From a virus (lineage: Duplodnaviria > Caudoviricetes), in IMG/VR virus record IMGVR_UViG_2706796476_000001, positions 64,001-128,000 of that record: 64,000 bases of DNA, one strand, 5' to 3'. Positions within the stretch are counted from its first letter, which is position 1. Every line of letters begins with the position of its first letter. Shown piece by piece: positions 57,242 to 64,000 of the stretch. Under the pieces are notes generated by a model that was not told where the DNA came from, searched no databases, and saw nothing but the letters and a program-made list of their open reading frames with translations. A program made the position numbers and the translations under genes.

Positions 57242-58248
57242 TGGCAGACAAGGATTTTAAAGCATTACTTAATGAACTGGTGGACTTTGACGGTATCGTT
57301 AAGAGAATCGTAAACGAACTTAAAGAGAGCTTAGAAGAAGAGGTACTTCGATCTGACGAAGGAGATAAAATCGCTGAAAAACTTGATCATGTCTTCGATG
57401 ACAAAGAGCATATCAACGAGTTTATCGACAGCACAGTAGAAGAAGCGCAGTACCTCGCACAACAGAAAGAAGGAGCTCGAAAGGATGCAGAAAAATTCGC
57501 TGCAATGCTAAAAGATCAGGCAAAACAAGCGACAGCTGCATTGAATGCAGAGGAGGACACGGAAGTTAAAAAAGCTATAGGACCTTTTGATCAGGTAGAG
57601 GAAGTAAAGCCAACTAACTTGGTTTCTGCTATAGACTTATTCTTTAGTTTAACGAACTCTGAAGAGAGCGCACAAAAATTTTCAGAAGAGGTACAAGGAA
57701 TACTTATCCGACACTCGTCAGGGCAATTTGGATTCAGTACAGAGACAGGCGTGGATTACGGAAAATTTAGTCTGCGTAACAACCGTATTCTGCTAGAGGC
57801 AGGGTCTAAACGAGTTGAATATGACTTACAGAAAGAGGATATAACTAATGAAGAACTGTTAAAGAAACTGTTTCCTCCTAGTGAAGAGTACGAGTCCGCA
57901 GGTCCTGATATGTGTTCCTGCGGAAACGAATATGGTGACGAGGTAGAATGTATTGACCACGAATACGATGAAGAACTTCCGTACGAACTAGAGTTCATTA
58001 TTGAGGAAATTGAAGAGGCTGAAGAAGAATTTTACGACAGCGTTGAGGTCATCCTGCAAGGTATTACTCGACATTACTCTAAGGACATGCCGACTGTTAA
58101 GTCTATGACTGATGACGATGAAGCTGCAATGAGATTTTTCTTAGCTCACTCTAGTACTTTGTATTCTCCGGCAGCTCTTACCGCCCTTAGCACAGACGAG
58201 TTGCTGCACGAGTTTACATCTAAGTTTAATTTTGCTGTACATTCTTGA
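57241..58248 (+). CDS. acidic hypothetical protein
   Basis: 335-aa ORF coupled to phoH. Confidence 0.65.
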   Translation: MADKDFKALLNELVDFDGIVKRIVNELKESLEEEVLRSDEGDKIAEKLDHVFDDKEHINEFIDSTVEEAQYLAQQKEGARKDAEKFAAMLKDQAKQATAALNAEEDTEVKKAIGPFDQVEEVKPTNLVSAIDLFFSLTNSEESAQKFSEEVQGILIRHSSGQFGFSTETGVDYGKFSLRNNRILLEAGSKRVEYDLQKEDITNEELLKKLFPPSEEYESAGPDMCSCGNEYGDEVECIDHEYDEELPYELEFIIEEIEEAEEEFYDSVEVILQGITRHYSKDMPTVKSMTDDDEAAMRFFLAHSSTLYSPAALTALSTDELLHEFTSKFNFAVHS

Positions 58249-58343
58249 TAAAAAAAAATTACTAGAAAAGGTAGTCTAACCATTGACTACCTTTTTTCTA
58301 TATGTTACACTCTGTTTATAGACTAATAGGGAGATGAAGTTGA

Positions 58344-59822
58344 ATGAATCAAATGCAGTTAGAAACTTTAGAGACAAATGAAAGAGACTACAAGGAAGTA
58401 TTGCAAGACATTGAGAACGGGGTACTAAAACCTGATCTGACTATAGGAAATATTCGTTATTTCATTATTGAAAAGACCCCGTACTCGTTCCATTTGTACG
58501 CAGCAGATCAGTTACCTACAAAAGTAAACTTATATGAAATGTTATACGACCTCCGGCATAGAAAATATTTTCTACATAAGAACGGAAGAGAAGTCAAGTT
58601 CTCTGTCTATAACTTAAATAACATCATCCCTCGTCCTAGTTGGTATGATGTAAGCCCTGACCCGATGAGGCAGACTGGGGCGGTTGACAGCTTCCTCGAA
58701 GCAGTGTCAGTCGATGAAAATAAGGGAATGTACAAAAAAATGCTGGACATGATGGGGGCTCAAGGAGAAGAGAAGATTGATATGCCATCAAGAGCATTAA
58801 TTAGACTTATCGAGGAATACTACAAGTTAGAGATACTCTACAAGTCAGGGGTACCTTTTCGATGCCTACCTGAGCATTTGCTATTATACGAAGCTGCTAA
58901 CAGTGAAGAGACAAAGCCTCATAAAATATTGGGAATATCCAAGCAAATCTTAAAGTTGGTAAAAGATATATCCGATATTAGAGGCGGAGGGGTACACGAG
59001 TATATAGCGCCCGACCGGAAGATGTTAAAACTCTTAAAATTGTTAACACAACAACAACTAGATACCTATAGATCGTATATCAATTTTATAGTAGAACTTG
59101 AAGAGGAGTACGATACAGGGTCAAACCCTTTAGACGAGTTCCTTTCAAACAACACGTTAAACCAGTTTAACAGAGTAGTTAACAATGACCAAGTAGGAGA
59201 GAGTGTTGGTAACTGGGGTATGAGTCATGACGTTGTATGGTTTATACATAAGTATGACGTTAAAGATGCTAAGAGGTTTATAAAATATATCTATTTTGAT
59301 TGCCTAACTCAACAAGGAATGAACAGTAGAACTGCTATAGACTATTATAGAGATTATTATAGAATGAATGTTCTTATGGAGAACCCTAATTTTGAAAAAT
59401 ACCCAAGGTATCTTAAAACTTTTCACGACATTACGTCTCGAAACTTTAAATTTGTAGAAGACGCTGTAGCGAAGAGACAGTTTGAGAAAAGAGTACACGA
59501 GATGAAAGTGTATGAATGGGAAGATAACAACTATAGAATCGTTGCCCCTGAAAGTACTCGTGATATCGTCGAAGAAGGGCAGAAGCTACATCATTGTGTT
59601 GCATCCTACGCTAAGTCGGTATGCGAAGGGAGAACGCAAATTGTATTCCTGAGAGCTAATGAAGCTCCTGAAATTCCTTTGGTTACGGTTGAAATAAAGA
59701 ACGGCGTTATCAGACAAGCTTACGGATTATCTAATAGAGTTGTAGATAACAAGGAGCATACGGCGCTTAAAAAGTTCGCAAAGAAATGTCACTTAACATG
59801 CAAATATTCAACACGTAGATAA
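58344..59822 (+). CDS. PcfJ-domain protein
   Basis: YRDYYRM...YPRYLKTFHD...EGQKLHHCVASY...FLR...TVEI...QAYG..N; promoter TTGACT-17-TACACT upstream. Confidence 0.8.
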   Translation: MNQMQLETLETNERDYKEVLQDIENGVLKPDLTIGNIRYFIIEKTPYSFHLYAADQLPTKVNLYEMLYDLRHRKYFLHKNGREVKFSVYNLNNIIPRPSWYDVSPDPMRQTGAVDSFLEAVSVDENKGMYKKMLDMMGAQGEEKIDMPSRALIRLIEEYYKLEILYKSGVPFRCLPEHLLLYEAANSEETKPHKILGISKQILKLVKDISDIRGGGVHEYIAPDRKMLKLLKLLTQQQLDTYRSYINFIVELEEEYDTGSNPLDEFLSNNTLNQFNRVVNNDQVGESVGNWGMSHDVVWFIHKYDVKDAKRFIKYIYFDCLTQQGMNSRTAIDYYRDYYRMNVLMENPNFEKYPRYLKTFHDITSRNFKFVEDAVAKRQFEKRVHEMKVYEWEDNNYRIVAPESTRDIVEEGQKLHHCVASYAKSVCEGRTQIVFLRANEAPEIPLVTVEIKNGVIRQAYGLSNRVVDNKEHTALKKFAKKCHLTCKYSTRR

Positions 59823-59907
59823 CACCTTTAGGGCGGTCAAACTAAGACCGTCCTCGTTTTATATGTTATAGTTAAGATATAGACAAAAATGTAAAGGAGT
59901 AATTAAG

Positions 59908-60459
59908 ATGAAATTATTTTTCGATTGTGAACTGACCGGACTTCACCAAAAAACAACCCTAATTAGTATCGGTATCGTCAGCAGCTCCTCGAAGGAGTTC
60001 TATGCGGAGTTTACTGACTACGACAGAGAATATGCGGAGGCTGATGACTGGCTCCAAGAAAACGTAATTGATCGTTTAAAGTTTAATTCTGTTGATCCGT
60101 TCTGCACTACAGTAGGTGCTGTAACTAATTGTAAAGGAGATACAGAGTTTGTAACTAAACATTTACAAAAGTGGCTTAGCCAATTCAAGACCGTCGAACT
60201 TTGGTCAGACTGCCATCATTATGACGTTACCCTCTTTTTCGAATTATTCGGAGGTGCCTTCACCGTACCCGATAATGTTTACTACATACCATTTGATATC
60301 TGCACGTTGTTCAAGGCTTTCGGAATCGACCCGGATATTAGCCGTGAAGCATTTATCGACCACCCAATTCCCGGAAGCAAGCACAATGCGATATATGATG
60401 CAAAAGTGATTAGAGCGTGCTACGACAAGTTAGAGAGGAACTACTTATCTAGGTTATGA
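59908..60459 (+). CDS. DEDDh 3'-5' exoribonuclease (RNase AS-like)
   Basis: FFDCELTGL...LISIGIV...EFYAE...YD...HNAIYDA. Confidence 0.8.
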   Translation: MKLFFDCELTGLHQKTTLISIGIVSSSSKEFYAEFTDYDREYAEADDWLQENVIDRLKFNSVDPFCTTVGAVTNCKGDTEFVTKHLQKWLSQFKTVELWSDCHHYDVTLFFELFGGAFTVPDNVYYIPFDICTLFKAFGIDPDISREAFIDHPIPGSKHNAIYDAKVIRACYDKLERNYLSRL

Positions 60460-60554
60460 GCCTATTTATGAAAATATACCTAGAATTTGTTGACGTTATA
60501 ACAAGACTGTAATATACTAAGACCATAGAGAAAGATACAGACCGCTACAGGGAG

Positions 60555-60797
60555 GTGAATAAGGTGGCATCAAATGCTAAGTCACAGGTAAACCTTACAT
60601 ATCTCGAATGCGAAGGCTGTAGCAATATTGTTACGATACCTCGCAAGAAGAACAAGGCTAGAAGCAAATATCATACAAAACATATGTACTGCTATAAGTG
60701 CAAGAAAAAGGTAGCACACATCGAAACAAAAGAAGACTGCTTCTTACCACAGTGGATAAAAGATCGAGATATTGCAGACGAAGAAAGTAATGATTAG
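60555..60797 (+). CDS. zinc-ribbon protein resembling ribosomal protein bL33
   Basis: LECEGC...KKNK...KHMYCYKCKKKVAHIETK; promoter TTGACG-17-TATACT at 60490-60518. Confidence 0.6.
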   Translation: MNKVASNAKSQVNLTYLECEGCSNIVTIPRKKNKARSKYHTKHMYCYKCKKKVAHIETKEDCFLPQWIKDRDIADEESND

Positions 60798-60811
60798 GAG
60801 GATGAAATTTT

Positions 60812-61729
60812 TTGAAACATGCAGATTTAGTATACGGTGATTTGTTGAAGAGAATTTTAGAAGAGGGTGAAGAGAAAGAAGACCGCACAGGAACTGGGAC
60901 TTTGTCACTATTCGGACCCCAAGTAGAATTTGATCTTGCTGAAGGATTTCCTCTCTTAACTAGGAAGAAAGTACCTTTTAGGCTAGTAGCTGAAGAGTTG
61001 TTTTGGTTCTTAAACGGAGATACAGACCTAAAGACTATGATTGACAAGAACGTGAACATTTGGACTGACGACGGGTACCGTTACTACTTGGAAAGAGCAA
61101 AAGCAGACGAACATCGACATATCCACACAAAAGAGGATTTTATTGAAAAGACAAAGATGCACGGATTTTCAATGGGTTCTATTTACGGCAAGAACTGGAG
61201 ATCGTGGAACCTGCCAGCTAGTTTAGCAAATAGCGAGAATGAAGGAGCAGTAGATCAGATCGCTAACGTAATCGACTCTATCAAAAACAATCCTCACAGC
61301 CGCCGACATATCGTCTCAGCTTGGAACGCAGGAGAAGTAGAACATGCTGCTTTACCCCCATGCCACACAATGTTCCAGTTTTACGTAGGTAAAGACAACA
61401 CGCTAAGCTGCAAGATGTATCAACGATCAGCAGACGTATTTTTAGGAGTACCATTCAATATCGCAAGCTACGCACTATTGACTCACCTTATCGCAAAGAT
61501 GACAGGGTTAAAACCCGGAAAATTCATTCATACCTTTGGTGACGCTCATATCTATAACAACCACATTGAAGCAGTAAAAACATTACTAGACCGAGAACCT
61601 AAACCGTTACCGCAGTTAAACGTTCTTACTGTGAAAGATAAGATTGAAGATTACACGATGGACGATCTTGAGTTACTTGACTATAACCCGCACCCGAGTA
61701 TTAAGGCAGACCTGAGCGTAGGTCTTTAA
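60812..61729 (+). CDS. thyA: thymidylate synthase
   Basis: DRTGTGT, SRRHIVSAWN, ALPPCH, YQRSADVFLGVPFNIASY, GDAHIY. Confidence 0.97.
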   Translation: MKHADLVYGDLLKRILEEGEEKEDRTGTGTLSLFGPQVEFDLAEGFPLLTRKKVPFRLVAEELFWFLNGDTDLKTMIDKNVNIWTDDGYRYYLERAKADEHRHIHTKEDFIEKTKMHGFSMGSIYGKNWRSWNLPASLANSENEGAVDQIANVIDSIKNNPHSRRHIVSAWNAGEVEHAALPPCHTMFQFYVGKDNTLSCKMYQRSADVFLGVPFNIASYALLTHLIAKMTGLKPGKFIHTFGDAHIYNNHIEAVKTLLDREPKPLPQLNVLTVKDKIEDYTMDDLELLDYNPHPSIKADLSVGL

Positions 61730-61750
61730 AACACCGAGGAGGAATTTTAA

Positions 61751-62386
61751 ATGAAAAACCATGAACCTTTAAAAATCGCAATTTGCGGAGAAGTCCGTTC
61801 CGGTAAAGACACTGTCGGTAAAATCCTAGAAGAAGAATTAGTGCTAATGCCCTTTGCTTTTGCAGACGAATTGAAAAAAGATTTCCATAGGGAGAACCCC
61901 CATATCAGGAAGGCTCCGAAGCCCCGTAAATGCTACCAACTTTTCGGAGAGCTTAAAAGAGCTACTCATGGTGAAGACTACTGGATAACTAAGCTATTCC
62001 ACAAAATCGAAGAATCTAAACATTTAGCTGAAAAATGGTTATCAACTTGTGTAGGAGTGTACTACAAACCCTTCAATGTACTTGTTACAGACACACACTA
62101 CGGAAACGAAGCTCGCAGTTTAAGAGAGAACGGTTTTACACTTATTCGTATAGTGGCTCCTTTAGACGTCCGTAAAGAACGCATGATTGCGGAAGGTGAC
62201 AATTTCAAAGAGGAAGACCTGCACCACGTCTCAGAAACAGAAGTAAATAGTTTCGAAGTTGACTATGAAATTGTTAACGACGGCACCTTAGAAGAACTAT
62301 ATGCAAAAGTTGAAGAGCTTATAACCAACATACGAGCAGATCATGAAATTAAAGAAGCTGTAGCTGAATTACGAGAAGAAAAGTGA
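61751..62386 (+). CDS. deoxynucleoside monophosphate kinase
   Basis: GEVRSGKDT, FADELK, YWI, HVSE motifs. Confidence 0.85.
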   Translation: MKNHEPLKIAICGEVRSGKDTVGKILEEELVLMPFAFADELKKDFHRENPHIRKAPKPRKCYQLFGELKRATHGEDYWITKLFHKIEESKHLAEKWLSTCVGVYYKPFNVLVTDTHYGNEARSLRENGFTLIRIVAPLDVRKERMIAEGDNFKEEDLHHVSETEVNSFEVDYEIVNDGTLEELYAKVEELITNIRADHEIKEAVAELREEK

Positions 62387-62400
62387 GAGGGACAGAAACA

Positions 62401-62886
62401 ATGCACATTTCCATGATAGCCGCCATTGGCAAAAACAACGAGATCGGTAAAAACAACGAGCTGCTTTGGGATATACCGGAAGACATGGCATGGTTTAAGA
62501 AACATACGACTGGAAAAATCGTAGTCATGGGTCGAAAGACATTCGAAAGTATCGGTAGAGCATTACCAAACCGAACAAACATCGTAATGACGAGAGACCC
62601 GGACTTTAATCATACAGACGTCTTAGTACGTCAATCTATCTTCCAAGTATTAGCTGAATGTAGAAATGAGTTAGAACTAGTCGTTATCGGAGGGGAGCAG
62701 ATTTACAACTACTTCCTCCCCTACACCGACAGAATTTATCTCACAGAGATTGATCACAGCTTCGATGCAGACGCTTTCTTCCCACAGCTCGATAAGAGCG
62801 AATGGGGTCAGTATTTCAGCCAACAAGGAGATCAAAGCAGCGAGTACAACTACCGTTTTAACGTCTATAAACGAAAACTAAAATGA
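62401..62886 (+). CDS. folA: dihydrofolate reductase
   Basis: IGKNNELLWDIPEDMAWFK...MGRKTFESIGRALPNRTNIV...IGGEQIY...DAFFP. Confidence 0.95.
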   Translation: MHISMIAAIGKNNEIGKNNELLWDIPEDMAWFKKHTTGKIVVMGRKTFESIGRALPNRTNIVMTRDPDFNHTDVLVRQSIFQVLAECRNELELVVIGGEQIYNYFLPYTDRIYLTEIDHSFDADAFFPQLDKSEWGQYFSQQGDQSSEYNYRFNVYKRKLK

Positions 62887-62902
62887 GAGGTAGAGGATTA
62901 AC

Positions 62903-63700
62903 ATGATCTTGTACAACAGAAGTAAGCAAGACTTCGATACTGAAATTGCTGTGATATACTTAGAAGCTCCTATTCATCGGAGGGATGTCCCGGAGTGGTT
63001 TGAAATGAGAGAGTGTGAAGCTAGCAACCTAGAACTATATTCAGAGATTCCTATTATCGAGGTAGATGAAGACCTTTTCGATCTGCTGCCTCTAATGACT
63101 GATACTGTCCCGCTAGCTATTACTGAAGTTGTAGATTACAAAGCCGTCGAGGAAGACTTTGGACACCGCTCCTCCGACTTTGTAGCAGTATGTGGAGATC
63201 AAGCGTTAGTATTTGCAGTTAAACAGAGTGAATACGCTCCTAACGTTATGGCAATTAGACGTGTAGGTCGAGTAGCTCCGGAACTAGAGGAGAAGTTCGT
63301 CGCCCTTTCAAAAAAGAAGAACAGCGAGGTACATTCAGTAGACACTTCCGGGTTCAGAGTAGCTGATTTTATTCCTCCAGTGGACATCGGACTAACTCGA
63401 AGAGAGAAAGAAATGAAAGAGATTCTTATGACAGCAATGACAACCCTAGCTCAGCCCGAGTATTCAAGAAGCGCAGTAGAATATTTCTTCCACGCTCTTT
63501 ACCCTAATATGCACAAGTACCAAGAAGAAGTAGACGCTACTACAAAAGAAAGTATGCTAGAGGACATGGTGTCATATCTTGTCGAAGGATGGGATAACCA
63601 GCACGAAGAGTTCGGAGACGAGTTAATCAAGTGTGTAGACTCCGATCTGTTTGAAGAGTGGGAAGAACTACGAAACATCAACAAAGATGTAGTAGTCTAA
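62903..63700 (+). CDS. YjbA/MdfA-like (DUF3603, UPF0736) protein
   Basis: GLTRREKEMKEILMTAMTTL and EGWDNQHEEFGDELIK resemble recalled B. subtilis YjbA segments GLTRKERQIKQLMFMALDQL and EGWSDKHLAFCENLIK; similar length. Confidence 0.7.
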   Translation: MILYNRSKQDFDTEIAVIYLEAPIHRRDVPEWFEMRECEASNLELYSEIPIIEVDEDLFDLLPLMTDTVPLAITEVVDYKAVEEDFGHRSSDFVAVCGDQALVFAVKQSEYAPNVMAIRRVGRVAPELEEKFVALSKKKNSEVHSVDTSGFRVADFIPPVDIGLTRREKEMKEILMTAMTTLAQPEYSRSAVEYFFHALYPNMHKYQEEVDATTKESMLEDMVSYLVEGWDNQHEEFGDELIKCVDSDLFEEWEELRNINKDVVV

Positions 63701-63716
63701 GAAAGGAGGTCAGCAA

Positions 63717-63929
63717 GTGCTTGATAAATCTTTTATATTCGCTATGCTGTACGAATCCGCATTAGGCAATCTAAAGTTTGAACGATGGTCATCGTCTAGT
63801 TGGAAAGATAGAGTGCTGGGATTGGTTTTCTACTTCCCGAGTCTATTACTCGTTGTTATTGGATGGATTTACTTATACGTATACCTTCCTTTAGGAATGT
63901 GGTTCTACTCTATATTTTCCAAGAAATAG
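63717..63929 (+). CDS. small membrane protein
   Basis: AAAGGAGG RBS; long hydrophobic C-terminal segment. Confidence 0.6.
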   Translation: MLDKSFIFAMLYESALGNLKFERWSSSSWKDRVLGLVFYFPSLLLVVIGWIYLYVYLPLGMWFYSIFSKK

Positions 63930-64000
63930 GTCATTACGTAAAGAACTATCCCAACGCCGAGGTGTTCTACAAATGAGTAAGCATCCCGGCGTTTACTAAA

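Noticed and set aside
51479-61729. Group I introns in terminase or thyA
   Set aside because: Both ORFs are continuous and of normal length.

Overview
This 64 kb window is part of a large lytic Bacillus-type myovirus genome with Herelleviridae/Bastillevirinae-like gene order (inferred from protein motifs and synteny, not a database search). The minus strand (~41.5 kb down to 1) carries the late structural module: portal, prohead protease, scaffold, major capsid, neck, tail sheath and tube, tail chaperone pair, tape measure, tail lysin, tail fibres and baseplate. It is followed by the 5' part of an SF2 helicase split by a 425-aa LAGLIDADG intein. A block of early-promoter accessory genes sits between the tail tube and chaperone genes (27.3-30.0 kb). 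The 41.6-47.9 kb region holds promoter-gene cassettes, about 7 tRNAs, 2 degenerate tRNA-like elements and two large, highly structured non-coding regions. The plus strand from 50 kb carries terminase, endolysin, PhoH, a PcfJ protein, an exoribonuclease, ThyA, dNMP kinase and DHFR. Most notable observations: (1) a DIP1984/DUF6847-like gene directly followed by a ~460-nt structured RNA with a 7-nt periodic repeat, a candidate protein-ncRNA system; (2) a second ~400-470-nt ornate RNA in the tRNA cluster; (3) a phage homologue of the ClpC adaptor YjbA/MdfA; (4) a perfect WalR box upstream of a YocH-like 3D-domain gene; (5) a likely +1 frameshift at UCC_UUU_CGA in the tail chaperone; (6) a bL33-like zinc-ribbon protein; (7) two related AT-rich iteron-like loci that may be replication origins. 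All family calls were made by eye and need HMM or covariance-model confirmation.
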